In this document: positions 27,344 through 37,496 of the stretch, piece after piece
Layout of the letters: every line of letters starts with the position of its first letter
How positions within the stretch are numbered: position 1 is the stretch's first letter
Assembly (NCBI GenBank): GCA_028289135.1
Contig: JAQGGW010000001.1
Coordinates: forward strand, 12,018-76,017
DNA length: 64,000 nucleotides
Reading direction: 5' to 3'
Origin: Candidatus Saccharimonadota bacterium
GTDB taxonomy: Bacteria; Patescibacteriota; Saccharimonadia; Saccharimonadales; JACDBH01
Program-made: the position numbers and the translations under genes
The notes under the pieces: model-generated
The model's database searches: none
The model's input: only the letters and a program-made list of their open reading frames with translations
Told to the model about the DNA's origin: nothing

Positions 27344-28510
27344 ATGCAGTCACTATTTATCCTTGGGCGCCAGCCAGCGCTTGGCCTGGCGGAACTCGAA
27401 AGCCTCTACGGCGCCAAAAACCTCCACCCGGCCGGACCGCAGGCTGCCCTGCTGGACGTTGAGCCGCGGCATGTCGACTTTAACCGTCTTGGGGGCTGTA
27501 TTAAGCTGGCCCAGGTCCAAACCGAGCTCCCAACTACCAGCTGGCGCGATATTGAATCCTACCTGCTTAAATCGGTGCCAAATATTCTCGACAGCCTGCC
27601 CGAAGGCAAACTAAAACTTGGCCTCAGCACCTACGGCCTGCGCGCCAGCGCCTCCGAAATCAACGCCAGCGGCCTGCGCATCAAAAAAGTAATCAAAGAA
27701 GCCGGCCGCAGCGTAAGAATCGTCCCCAACAAGTCTGCCTCGCTCAACAGCGCCCAAATCCTCCACAACCAGCTCACCAGCCCGCTTGGCATCGAGATTT
27801 TAGCCTACCGCGAAGGCAGCAAAACCCTCATTTGCCAAACCGTCGCTGAACAAGACATTGAAGCCTATGCCGCCCGCGACCAAAACCGCCCCAAGCGCGA
27901 CGCCAAGGTCGGCATGTTGCCGCCCAAACTAGCCCAAATTATTATTAACCTCACCGCCCCCACCGCCGACGCCACCGTGCTTGACCCGTTTTGCGGCACC
28001 GGCGTCGTCCTGCAAGAATCACTCCTCATGGGCTACAGCGTCTATGGCACCGACCTCGAACCGCGCATGATCGAATATAGCCGCGCCAACCTCGATTGGC
28101 TGCACCAGCGCTACGACGGCAACTTCGGCATCCAGCTTGAACCCGGCGATGCTACAACCCACACCTGGAAACCCGCCCCATCTGTTGTGGCCGGCGAAAC
28201 CTACCTCGGTAAGCCCTTGTCAAAAGAACCCGACGAAACCCTTCTGCACACAATTATGCAAGAATGCGACCGCATCCACCGCGGAGCGCTCAGCAATCTG
28301 CACAAACAGCTCCCCCAAGGCACCCGCCTCTGCCTAGCCGTCCCGGCATGGAAGTACAAAAAAGGTTTCCAACACCTTAAAACGCTTGATTATCTGCGTG
28401 AACTAGGCTATAATCGTATAGAATTTCGGTTTGCGCGAAAAGAGGAACTTATCTACTTCAGAGAAGACCAACTTGTCGCCCGCGAACTCGTTGTATTAGT
28501 AAAGAATTAA
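27344..28510 (+). CDS. Trm11-like RNA methyltransferase
   Basis: MLPPKLAQ, VLDPFCGTG, GTD, E.YLG. Confidence 0.8.
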   Translation: MQSLFILGRQPALGLAELESLYGAKNLHPAGPQAALLDVEPRHVDFNRLGGCIKLAQVQTELPTTSWRDIESYLLKSVPNILDSLPEGKLKLGLSTYGLRASASEINASGLRIKKVIKEAGRSVRIVPNKSASLNSAQILHNQLTSPLGIEILAYREGSKTLICQTVAEQDIEAYAARDQNRPKRDAKVGMLPPKLAQIIINLTAPTADATVLDPFCGTGVVLQESLLMGYSVYGTDLEPRMIEYSRANLDWLHQRYDGNFGIQLEPGDATTHTWKPAPSVVAGETYLGKPLSKEPDETLLHTIMQECDRIHRGALSNLHKQLPQGTRLCLAVPAWKYKKGFQHLKTLDYLRELGYNRIEFRFARKEELIYFREDQLVARELVVLVKN

Positions 28511-28522
28511 GGAAATTGCCCC

Positions 28523-28795
28523 ATGTCACACGTCAAAGCCGGCGGTACCGCCAAAAATATCCACAACAACGCAGGCCAACGCCTAGGCGTTAAGCTCTTT
28601 GGTGGCGAAAAAGTTAAAGTCGGCCAGATCATCGTCCGCCAAGTCGGCGCAACCAAGCGCGGCGGCGAAGGCACCAAAATGGCTGCCAACTACAGCATCC
28701 ACGCCGCAAAAGACGGCATAGTTAACTTCTCCCAGCGCAAAGTCCGCACCTTCACCGGCAAAAGCGTCTTCCGCACCGAAGTCACCGTCAAATAA
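28523..28795 (+). CDS. rpmA: 50S ribosomal protein L27
   Basis: SHVKAGG, QRLGVK, GQIIVRQ. Confidence 0.96.
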   Translation: MSHVKAGGTAKNIHNNAGQRLGVKLFGGEKVKVGQIIVRQVGATKRGGEGTKMAANYSIHAAKDGIVNFSQRKVRTFTGKSVFRTEVTVK

Positions 28796-28808
28796 TCCCC
28801 CTAGTATT

Positions 28809-28839
28809 AAAAAAGCCCTCCACCAAAGAGGGCTTTTTT
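28809..28839. terminator. bidirectional intrinsic terminator
   Basis: A6-GCCCTC-loop-GAGGGC-T6 between convergent genes. Confidence 0.85.
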
Positions 28840-30676
28840 ATTTTCGCAGCAAGATTTCGTCTACTTCTGTCTGAGTAAGTTGACCGTTGTGAACACTTAT
28901 CTGCAAAGCCTTAATATCGTGCCGTCCTGAGCTGTCCGTATCTGTACCCGTAAACTTAACACCCATTTCCGTACGTTCCATCTGCATATTTTCCTGTGCA
29001 CCGTATATATCTATGTCCGATTCTATGCCCAAATTAATTAAATCTTTCGCCAGCTGGCTAATTACTGACTCCATTCCTATTTGAACTTTTTCTCCACCTA
29101 TATCTAAGCCGCTTGCTTTGGTAGGGGTAGCGATTTTGCAGGCCTGGAAAACTATTTTTTTACGCCCAGTATCCGCGGATGCGTCGTCGATACCTTTGCT
29201 TGGAGCCATAAACTTGTCGACTAACCGTGCCATACCTTTCATTCCATGCATCGAATAACCTTTGTTGCCGGATGCTTTGATGTCTTGGTCTTCGTTCATT
29301 TTTGCCAAGAATTCTCTGTCACTAACTGCGGCGATCCTATGTTTTGGACTACTTGTATCACGCAAATCAGAAACCGCAAATTCACCGGGTGAAGTGTGCG
29401 CGCCCAAAACAAGTGTCGAAGGCTTAATCCCATGTTTAGCTAACCGCGTCATATAACGGTATATATCTCCAAGCTCAGTAATTTCAAAGAATAAATCACG
29501 CCCTGTCCCATCTTCTACATCTTCCGCCATGTGCCGCATGACCGTACCATAATCTCCTACTCTATTAATAAGTGTCACCGTAACATCATGTTCTTGTAGT
29601 TCTCTTGCAACTTCTGTTGGATTAACAGCAAATCTTTCCATTCTTTCTAGCTGTTCAATGCTATAGTCTTCGAGGCCTAATATACCAGTTGCTTCCGTAA
29701 TGGTTCGAATTCTATCAGCTCCAAAGTGATTAACTGCGGCAACGACTTTATCAATATCTTCTTGCGAAAATCCTCTACTTGCAGAAAATGCGTAGTTCTC
29801 GGCCTCAGTAACATCCATGCCACTTATGTTGCTTATTACTTCGGCTATCCATCGACGATTTGCTTTCTGATCTTCTTTAAAAGGCCTACCTGGTACATCT
29901 ATATTATCTACATTTTTAATCCAACGTAACCCATTTGAACTCTGAAGCAGCGGACGCATAAAGTCAGAAAATGTATCACCGCGCATACCAAGTAGCTGTG
30001 TCGCAGATTCTAAACCATATGCATTTTTTAGTGTTCTTAACTCACCGTCAATACTATCTTTGATTGTATTTGCATGGGCTACATTTTCTAGTAAGGCGCC
30101 ATGCAAAATGCCATCAGTTGATTCTCTTGCAAAAGCTTTACATACGGTTTCTTCACCTAAAACATTAATAATGCTGTTAAATACAGTCGTATCCAAATCT
30201 TTACCGCGTATAGCAGCTTCTAGCCGTCTCTCTTGGCTTAACAGTGTAAAATACTCTGCTACACTGTCATAATCATCTTTTTCTGCAATCTGGCGTGATA
30301 GAACACTGTTAAATACTCTTGGCTCATCATCGTACCACTGCGGCCTTTCGTTCGTACCCATATGTTGATTTATTTCAGCTTCTAATCGATCTAACCGTGA
30401 ATGCCACGAACTAAAACTTTCCTCAAGGGTAGGTATCTTTTCACCTGCTTTTAGACCAGTTTTAGTTATGATAACTTCTTCTTCAATCATGCTTTGGGCT
30501 ACTTCGGCTGGTGAGGATTCAAACCCTAGTGCAAAATGTTCATTTTCGACTGGTACCACAACAACACCATCGACAGGTTCTAACAGCGGTTTTACGGACT
30601 CTGGTGGTGGCATGCCAAGAATTGGCTGCTGTTCTTCTGGCGCAGGAAAATCAGAAAATGAGATATGTTCGGTCAT
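28838..30676 (-). CDS. hypothetical protein with possible caspase-hemoglobinase-fold C-terminal domain
   Basis: 612-aa ORF; LVLGAHTSPG ... IVFQAC. Confidence 0.65.
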   Translation of the reverse strand: MTEHISFSDFPAPEEQQPILGMPPPESVKPLLEPVDGVVVVPVENEHFALGFESSPAEVAQSMIEEEVIITKTGLKAGEKIPTLEESFSSWHSRLDRLEAEINQHMGTNERPQWYDDEPRVFNSVLSRQIAEKDDYDSVAEYFTLLSQERRLEAAIRGKDLDTTVFNSIINVLGEETVCKAFARESTDGILHGALLENVAHANTIKDSIDGELRTLKNAYGLESATQLLGMRGDTFSDFMRPLLQSSNGLRWIKNVDNIDVPGRPFKEDQKANRRWIAEVISNISGMDVTEAENYAFSASRGFSQEDIDKVVAAVNHFGADRIRTITEATGILGLEDYSIEQLERMERFAVNPTEVARELQEHDVTVTLINRVGDYGTVMRHMAEDVEDGTGRDLFFEITELGDIYRYMTRLAKHGIKPSTLVLGAHTSPGEFAVSDLRDTSSPKHRIAAVSDREFLAKMNEDQDIKASGNKGYSMHGMKGMARLVDKFMAPSKGIDDASADTGRKKIVFQACKIATPTKASGLDIGGEKVQIGMESVISQLAKDLINLGIESDIDIYGAQENMQMERTEMGVKFTGTDTDSSGRHDIKALQISVHNGQLTQTEVDEILLRK

Positions 30677-30745
30677 GTTTTTATTTTATGGTTTTACTCT
30701 TTAAAAATACCATAAACACACTAGAATGTCGATGTAATCTTTATG

Positions 30746-31552
30746 TTAACCTAGTTCTGGACGTGGAGCGGCTGTATCCCAAAGATATGACTCTTGCTGT
30801 AGTTTGTTTAGTACATCATTTAGTATCGCATAGCCCTTTTTACCGAGCAGCGAAGGGTCGGTTGCAGCGTTTGCGTCAAATACATTAATGTCTTGCTTGC
30901 CGCTATAGACCGCAAGCTCGCCTGCAGGGCCAAAGAATACACTAGCGGCCAAATCCGCCATTCTAGTATCCTGTTCACGTTTGTGATTGACGCTGGTGTC
31001 GTTAGGGTCAGGAGTAAGTAAGCCAAGAGCATTGCCAAGTCCGAAACGTACACCACGGGGGTCAACAGGTGTGTCTATACGAAAAGATGGGACTACCTCT
31101 AGCGAACGGTCGTTTACGCTACGGCCTGCATCAGAAAGACGCGAGCCAAATGGAAGTAGCAAAACCTGAGCTACATTACGTTCACGAGCGACGGCAAACA
31201 TGCTGCCAGAACCCCGAGGAACAAACAGGTGCGTAATTCCCTTTTGACCGTTCATTACTAGAGGGTGACGCTCGGCAACTGTACCTTCGTAAGGCTTACC
31301 TGGACGTGCGATATTTTGTTCTGAACCTGATTTTTCCAAAGCTTTATTGAGGTCTTTTAGGTCTTTTGCAGAACCAACCATGTCTCTTGTTAGAGCATCG
31401 GCAGTCCATACGTTAAAATCGCGACGACCTTTGTGCTCTTGTCTGACTAGCGCTGGACCAGCGTTTCTGGCAGCATCCTCAATACGCTTCGCCCGATCTA
31501 CTGATTCGGGTGATTTTTTGGTTGATGTATTTTCGCGGTGTAATAGTTTCAT
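30746..31552 (-). CDS. hypothetical protein
   Basis: 268-aa ORF with own promoter TTGACA-N17-TATTAT. Confidence 0.7.
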   Translation of the reverse strand: MKLLHRENTSTKKSPESVDRAKRIEDAARNAGPALVRQEHKGRRDFNVWTADALTRDMVGSAKDLKDLNKALEKSGSEQNIARPGKPYEGTVAERHPLVMNGQKGITHLFVPRGSGSMFAVARERNVAQVLLLPFGSRLSDAGRSVNDRSLEVVPSFRIDTPVDPRGVRFGLGNALGLLTPDPNDTSVNHKREQDTRMADLAASVFFGPAGELAVYSGKQDINVFDANAATDPSLLGKKGYAILNDVLNKLQQESYLWDTAAPRPELG

Positions 31553-31695
31553 AACTGTTATGTTTTACTTAAGTTGTTATGTTTACATAATAGCATAAGC
31601 ATGATAGATTGTCAATATCATGATACTTTAATACTACTACGCCACCTTTGTTATGTATATAAAATAATTTACCTACTGATTGTTTGTTTTCAATC

Positions 31696-31723
31696 AAAAA
31701 ACGCCCCTTCCGGAGCGTTTTTT
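31696..31723 (-). terminator. intrinsic terminator
   Basis: A6-CGCTCC-GGAA-GGGGCG-T6 on the minus strand. Confidence 0.8.
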
Positions 31724-31757
31724 AACTTAAGTATCAATAAAGATAGAAATTATATGC

Positions 31758-32489
31758 TTAGCGTTTGCCGTACGAACGGTTTACGAGTTTATTAGTAAGC
31801 TTCCCTGCCACGTGCGCAAGTCTTTTACTAACAGGTTTGCGAGCCGATTCAATTTCGTTTGCCCATTTTTCGCCTAAAACTTCTTCGTGCTCTCTAGTTG
31901 CCGTAACGCGAACCTTAACATCTGCAGCTTCTCCAAGTGCGCTGAGCGTGATGCTGCCACCACGGTTGCGCTCTACATGAAGAAACTTTTCGGGGATATT
32001 ATCGGGTAGCGTAACAGGATTACGTGGCTGGTCGGTACGCATTACGCTATCGCCCCAGGCATAAAAAGCTGTTCCCTGTTTACCACCTTTAATATCATCA
32101 GCTGCTCTACTGCGTGAACCTGCTAATGCGATCACATCTGTATAACGGGTTGTACTATGGTCTTTGCTTACCCATACACCCATTGCGCTGTTTTTTGCAA
32201 GAGTATTGATATACGTTTCAACTGGTATTTGGCCATTCCAGCGTTCTGAAAAATTCGGGTCGTCGATATCAATCTTAACAATATGCAAGCTTCCGGCTTC
32301 ACCAAGATCCACCGTAGCCATAACTGGTGCGCCACCAATGACATTTCCTTTAAGTGGATCGGTCGCTGTAATGGATTCGCCCGGATTTAAAACCGCGTCA
32401 ACAACAGTGGCATCGGCATATTCACTGCCGGCAATTCGACCATCGAAGTTATTTTGTTGATCTTGATTTATGGTATTTGGTGTACTCAT
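31758..32489 (-). CDS. hypothetical protein
   Basis: 243-aa ORF; TTGACA-N17-TAAAAT 6 nt before ATG. Confidence 0.7.
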   Translation of the reverse strand: MSTPNTINQDQQNNFDGRIAGSEYADATVVDAVLNPGESITATDPLKGNVIGGAPVMATVDLGEAGSLHIVKIDIDDPNFSERWNGQIPVETYINTLAKNSAMGVWVSKDHSTTRYTDVIALAGSRSRAADDIKGGKQGTAFYAWGDSVMRTDQPRNPVTLPDNIPEKFLHVERNRGGSITLSALGEAADVKVRVTATREHEEVLGEKWANEIESARKPVSKRLAHVAGKLTNKLVNRSYGKR

Positions 32490-32544
32490 CCCAACATTTT
32501 AGCATAAGCTTTGTATTTTGTCAATTAGGTGGTGACTTCAAACT

Positions 32545-32572
32545 AAAAAACGCTCCTTTCGGAGCGTTTTTT
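32545..32572 (-). terminator. intrinsic terminator
   Basis: A6-CGCTCC-GAAA-GGAGCG-T6 on the minus strand. Confidence 0.88.
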
Positions 32573-32594
32573 GGCGATTTGTTATGAATACTTG

Positions 32595-32996
32595 TTAGGC
32601 GAGGCCGAGGTGGTGCTTGATCTTTTCAATCACGTCGGCGATTACGACTTGGGATTTGACTAAATAGTCGTCGGCACCGAGGGATTCGGCCTTTTGGCGG
32701 TCGCTTTCCTGGCTAAGGGCTGTGAGCATAATGATCTTGATGTTGGTGGTTTCTGGGGTGTTGCGCAGAATGTCGAGCACGTCAAAGCCGTTTACCTGAG
32801 GCATCATGGCGTCAAGCAGGATTAGGTCTGGCTTGAATGCGAGAGCTGTCGCCAGGGCGTCTTCGCCGTTTGGTACGCGTTTGACTTCAAAACCTTCGGC
32901 GTCGAGCCGGGTAAGATAAACTTCCGCGAGTCCGTCGTCGTCCTCCACGTATAGAATTTTTTTCATTGGGCCTTGGGGGGTATTTTGATTGTCCAT
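32595..32996 (-). CDS. stand-alone response-regulator receiver
   Basis: VEDD, LLDAMMP, MLTA, YLVK (canonical residues). Confidence 0.92.
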   Translation of the reverse strand: MDNQNTPQGPMKKILYVEDDDGLAEVYLTRLDAEGFEVKRVPNGEDALATALAFKPDLILLDAMMPQVNGFDVLDILRNTPETTNIKIIMLTALSQESDRQKAESLGADDYLVKSQVVIADVIEKIKHHLGLA

Positions 32997-33019
32997 AGAG
33001 CTTATGCTACGCTATTTTA

Positions 33020-34621
33020 CTACTTTTTGCCAGCGAGGTATTCAATAAAACCATTGAACATCGGATGCGGGCGATTTGGACGGCTTTTGAATTCAGGGTG
33101 GAACTGGCTTGATAGGAAGTAAGGATGATCAATGCCCTCGATAATCTCAACCAAATGGTTGTCCGGTGATGTGCCGCTGGCGCGGATGCCCCAAGATTCG
33201 TATTGGTCGCGGTAGTCGTTGTTGCATTCGTAGCGGTGGCGGTGGCGTTCGACGATTTTGTCGGCTTTATAAACTTTTTGGGCCAGGCTGCCGGCTGCGA
33301 GGTTGCAGTCATAATTGCCAAGGCGCATCGTGCCGCCGGTGTTTTCTTTGCCCTCTTGGCCTTCCATGGTGGTGATTACAAGGTCTTTAGCGGCAGGATT
33401 TAACTCTTTGGTGGAAGCGTCAGTAAGACCGGCATTGCGGGCAGCGGCGATGACTGCCATCTGGAGGCCGAGGCACAAACCAAGGTATGGCAGCTTGTTT
33501 TTAAGCGCGTATTGGGCGGCGGTAATCTTGCCTTCCAGGCCGCGGGTTCCAAAACCGCCAGGCACAACTATGCCGTCGCAGCCTTTGAGCATCTCGGCAA
33601 CGTCATTTTTCTCGATTTTTTCAGCGTCAACCCATTTTAGTTCGATGTCGGTGTCGTTCCAAAGCGCGGCTGATTTTAATGCTTCAAACACTGACATGTA
33701 GGTGTCTTGGTTGTCCATGTATTTGGCGACGATGCCGACTGTTACTTTGCGACTGTGCTTGGTTTGGGCGCGCTTTACAACTTCGCGCCAGGCTTTGAGG
33801 TCGGGCTTTTTAACTTTTAGGTCAAGCTGTTCGGTAATAACATCGGCAATGTCTGTGTCTTCTAGCGTGAGCGGGACTTCGTAGATGCTTGAAGCATTTG
33901 GCAGCATGGCGATGGCGCGCGGCGCGACACCACAGAACAAACTCAACTTCTCACGGACGCTTTCGACCGGCATTTCTTCACTCCGTGCAACCAAGATGTC
34001 TGGTGAGATCCCAAGGCCGCGGAGTTCACGGACGGAGTTCTGGGCAGGTTTTGTCTTGGTTTCTTTGCTGGTGCCGAGGAATGGCAAATAGACAACGTGG
34101 ACGTAGAGGCAGTTTTCGCGGCCGACACGGATGCCAAGTTCGCGGATGGCTTCAATAAAACTTAAGCTTTCGTAGTCGCCCACTGTTCCGCCGATTTCGA
34201 CGATGTGCACGTCAAAACCTTCGCCGGCGTTGATGATGTAGTCCTGGATGGCAGCGGTGAGGTGCGGGATAATTTGGACGTCTTCGCCTTTGTAGAGCCC
34301 TGCGCGTTCGTCTTGGATAACTTTTAGCAATACACGGCCGCTCATGAGCGAGCTGGAGCTAGTGAGTTCCTGGTCCAAGAATCTTTCATAGTGGCCAAGG
34401 TCAAGGTCAGTCTCGGCGCCGTCTTTGGTCACAAAGCATTCGCCGTGTTCACGCGGGTTAAGCGTGCCGGCATCGACGTTGAGGTATGGGTCGCACTTTT
34501 GGAGGTTAACTGACAGCCCGCGGGCTTTTAGAATGTTTCCGATGGAGGCGGCAGTGATACCCTTTCCTACTCCGGAAAGAACACCACCTGTAACAAACAC
34601 GAACTTAGTCGGTCGCTTCAT
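33020..34621 (-). CDS. pyrG: CTP synthase
   Basis: TGGVLSGVGKG, DPYLNVDAGT, GLCLG, ERHRHRYE, QFHPE; alternative GTG start at 34645. Confidence 0.97.
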   Translation of the reverse strand: MKRPTKFVFVTGGVLSGVGKGITAASIGNILKARGLSVNLQKCDPYLNVDAGTLNPREHGECFVTKDGAETDLDLGHYERFLDQELTSSSSLMSGRVLLKVIQDERAGLYKGEDVQIIPHLTAAIQDYIINAGEGFDVHIVEIGGTVGDYESLSFIEAIRELGIRVGRENCLYVHVVYLPFLGTSKETKTKPAQNSVRELRGLGISPDILVARSEEMPVESVREKLSLFCGVAPRAIAMLPNASSIYEVPLTLEDTDIADVITEQLDLKVKKPDLKAWREVVKRAQTKHSRKVTVGIVAKYMDNQDTYMSVFEALKSAALWNDTDIELKWVDAEKIEKNDVAEMLKGCDGIVVPGGFGTRGLEGKITAAQYALKNKLPYLGLCLGLQMAVIAAARNAGLTDASTKELNPAAKDLVITTMEGQEGKENTGGTMRLGNYDCNLAAGSLAQKVYKADKIVERHRHRYECNNDYRDQYESWGIRASGTSPDNHLVEIIEGIDHPYFLSSQFHPEFKSRPNRPHPMFNGFIEYLAGKK

Positions 34622-34719
34622 TCTTGTCGCCGCATCACCTCTCACATTAAACTTATGCTACCAAGAGTACCATGCCTGTACTAATCTGAGCAAGCATAAG
34701 AGTATTGTGTTTATTACTC

Positions 34720-35940
34720 TTAGCTTTTTACTGCGGTAAGGGCCGCATTGAGTTGTGGGTCATTGCCGGCTTTGATGTCGTCATCGCTGATTTTAACTTC
34801 GGTGTCGGGCTTGATTCCTTCTTTGTCGATGTTCTTGCCGGCCGGGGTGTACCAGCGCGCAATGGTAACTTTAAGCAAGCTGCCGTCTTTGAAGTCGATT
34901 GGCTGCTGGACACTTCCCTTGCCGTAGCTCTTAAGTCCCATAAGCGTAGCGGCTTTATTGTCGTGCAGCGCTCCGGCGGTAATTTCGGACGCGCTGGCGC
35001 TGCCGCCGTCGATTAACACAACTGTTTTGACGCCGTTTAAGGTTGCCGTGCCTTCGGATGGATAGGTCTGGATAATTTTGCCGTCGCGGCGCTCTGTTAG
35101 CACCGTTTTATTCTGCAGCCAAAGGCTGGAAACTCCGACAGCAGCCGTCAGGAGGCCGCCCGGATCGCCGCGCAGGTCAAGCACTACGCCTGTCACGTTT
35201 TTACTCTTAAAGTCTTCTGCAGCAGCCGTAGCAAGCTTGACGGTGTCGTCGCCAAAGCGGCTAATGGTTAAAATCCCAACGCCGTCTTTTACTTCGCTTT
35301 TAACGCTTGGAATCTGGATAGATTCGCGGACAATGCTAATGTCCTGCGGGGTGCCGTCGCGGACAACTGTGAGCTTAACGGTTGTTCCGGCTTTGCCGCG
35401 GATTAGCTTAACGGTGTCATCGATCGAAAGGCCGCTGGTGCTTTTGCCGTCGACGCTGGCGATAATGTCTTTTGGCTTAATGCCGGCTTTTTCGGCTGGG
35501 TAGCCCGCAAGCGGCGCAATGATGTCGATGTTGCCATCGGCATCTTTGCCAAGTTCGGCGCCAATTCCTTCAAATGTCCCGTCAAGCTGGCCGTAGAAGT
35601 CCTTAGCGTCAGAGGTGCTGAAATATTCGGTGTATGGGTCGCCTGCGGCGTTGGCAAGGCCGGTTTTGATGCCGTCGAGCAGTTTGGTTTCGTCTAGTTT
35701 GCCGTCGTAGTTGTCTCTGATTGAGTTATAAATCAGGTCCACGGACGAATAGTCGAGCTTGGCCGGCAAACCATTGTTGGCTTTAACTGGTTTAACTTGC
35801 CCAATGCTTATTTTGCCCGCACCGGTTGCCCAACCAACATAAAATACAATCAATGCACTTAAAAAAAGCGCCGCGAGATTTTTAAACTTAAAAGATTTAC
35901 GTTTTTTAGGCATTGGCGTAGCATCATCTGTTGGTTTCAA
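34720..35940 (-). CDS. ctpA: C-terminal processing protease (S41, PDZ)
   Basis: DPYT, GIGA, DLRGDPGG, SASASEI, SYGKGSVQ. Confidence 0.92.
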   Translation of the reverse strand: MKPTDDATPMPKKRKSFKFKNLAALFLSALIVFYVGWATGAGKISIGQVKPVKANNGLPAKLDYSSVDLIYNSIRDNYDGKLDETKLLDGIKTGLANAAGDPYTEYFSTSDAKDFYGQLDGTFEGIGAELGKDADGNIDIIAPLAGYPAEKAGIKPKDIIASVDGKSTSGLSIDDTVKLIRGKAGTTVKLTVVRDGTPQDISIVRESIQIPSVKSEVKDGVGILTISRFGDDTVKLATAAAEDFKSKNVTGVVLDLRGDPGGLLTAAVGVSSLWLQNKTVLTERRDGKIIQTYPSEGTATLNGVKTVVLIDGGSASASEITAGALHDNKAATLMGLKSYGKGSVQQPIDFKDGSLLKVTIARWYTPAGKNIDKEGIKPDTEVKISDDDIKAGNDPQLNAALTAVKS

Positions 35941-36029
35941 AGTATCTAATTCCCCTTATGTAGTAGCACTATTGTAGCAGAAGAATAATCCTGCGTCCTG
36001 AGGCTTTTAAAATTAAGCTTAAGGGTAAC

Positions 36030-37259
36030 TTAGTTAAAATGAATGAATTCAACGCCCGAAGTGACGTAAAGGTCAAGTTCGCTGTAATATCCGCCGATTG
36101 GCCAGTTCATTTGGCTAACGTGTATCGTACCGTCGTCGTTAACGTGCTCAACAATTCCTACGTGCCCTGGGTATGCGAGCGGCATGTAAACAACATCACC
36201 GTGCTGCGGGTTGGAAGTTATAGAGCCATAACTGCCGTCTGGGTGGTTTTTGGCATTTTGCGGCCACTGGTTCGCGTTGCCGCGACCCGCAAGATTAGGC
36301 ACGTTTTTGCCTTCACGGGTTAGGTAGTCGGCAACATAGTGCACGCACTGGCGTGACCATTCAAGCCCCCAGGTGTTTAAGGTTTCAGTTAGGTACTGGT
36401 TGTAATAGGTCCAGCAGTAGCTATACCCGCCACCGCAACTCATTCCGCCTGTGTAATTTTTGTATTTTACAGGTGAGCCGGTTGCGCTTTGGCCGTTCGA
36501 ACCCATAACGGCTGCCAGCGCAGCTGCACGGGCAGCCTCAAGCTGGGCTAAGGCAGATGCGTTTGCTCTAATCTGAGTATCGAGGGCTGCTTGGTCACTC
36601 TGGTTTTGGCCTAATATCCTAGCTTGTTCGGCCCTTTGCTGAGTTTGCTGGTTTTGTAGTTCTGTTTCTTGCTTAATAAGATCAGCCAGCTGTGTTTGCT
36701 GGTCTTTAAGCTGGGCCTTAAGAGATGTAACCCTGGCAAGCGTATCGGTTATTTTATTTTTAACCGTATTGCGGTACTGCTGCTTGTCAAAATATGCGCT
36801 GAGGTCTTTGCTGGTAGCCAGCATTTCTATGGTGCTTATGTCGCCTTCCAGGTACATTGACTTAATGTTTTCACCGAGTATCTTTTTTTGCTGGTCTAGT
36901 TCGGCTTGGGCGGCGACAATCTGGGTCTGTAAGTCATTGCTTTTGGCGGTATTGGCGTCAATCTGTGACTGGGATTCGTTAATTTGCTGCTGGATAGCAT
37001 CAATAGTTGCCTGTAGGCTGTTGGCGTTTACCTGCAATACCTTAATTTGATTTTTTTTCTGGCTATTGTCGGCTTGGATTTGATTAATTTTATCTGTGTA
37101 GTTGTCGGCACGAGCTATTGGGACAGAGACGGCGGTTCCGAGGACAAGCATAATAGAGGCAAACAAAGCTGTCTGTCTCGTGAAGTGTTGGGCTAGATTG
37201 ATTTTGAAATTTTTATTTCGCATGGTTTTGACCTGTTTGCGACTTCTCAATAATACCAC
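36030..37259 (-). CDS. coiled-coil CHAP-domain peptidoglycan hydrolase (PcsB/CwlO-like)
   Basis: Signal peptide, long coiled coil, QCVHYV, GNANQW, GHVGIV, SQMN; downstream of ftsEX. Confidence 0.88.
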   Translation of the reverse strand: MVLLRSRKQVKTMRNKNFKINLAQHFTRQTALFASIMLVLGTAVSVPIARADNYTDKINQIQADNSQKKNQIKVLQVNANSLQATIDAIQQQINESQSQIDANTAKSNDLQTQIVAAQAELDQQKKILGENIKSMYLEGDISTIEMLATSKDLSAYFDKQQYRNTVKNKITDTLARVTSLKAQLKDQQTQLADLIKQETELQNQQTQQRAEQARILGQNQSDQAALDTQIRANASALAQLEAARAAALAAVMGSNGQSATGSPVKYKNYTGGMSCGGGYSYCWTYYNQYLTETLNTWGLEWSRQCVHYVADYLTREGKNVPNLAGRGNANQWPQNAKNHPDGSYGSITSNPQHGDVVYMPLAYPGHVGIVEHVNDDGTIHVSQMNWPIGGYYSELDLYVTSGVEFIHFN

Positions 37260-37430
37260 GGATTCTCCTGTTTGGCAAGATACTTATGGTTACCCTGCTG
37301 GACTATTTACTATAGCACACCACCAATATTATAAACTGAGAGACCCCACAAGGGAACCTTGCGGGGACCCCATATGATAGTTAATTTTAATTTGTAAGCT
37401 ACACACTCCAGTTACAGTCTCTTTCGCTTC

Positions 37431-37463
37431 AGCAAAAAGGCAGGCATAGCCTGACCTTTTTGG
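37431..37463 (-). terminator. probable ftsEX terminator
   Basis: AAAAAGG-T-CAGGC-TAT-GCCTG-CCTTTTT hairpin. Confidence 0.55.
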
Positions 37464-37496
37464 TTAAGACAAGATTCCCCATTTTATCGGGTATGG

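Noticed and set aside
28838..32489. Integron cassette array or prophage
   Set aside because: No integrase, attC-like sites or phage structural genes; each gene has its own promoter.
37260..37496. c-di-AMP or c-di-GMP riboswitch before the CHAP gene
   Set aside because: Expected conserved motifs not recognisable by eye.
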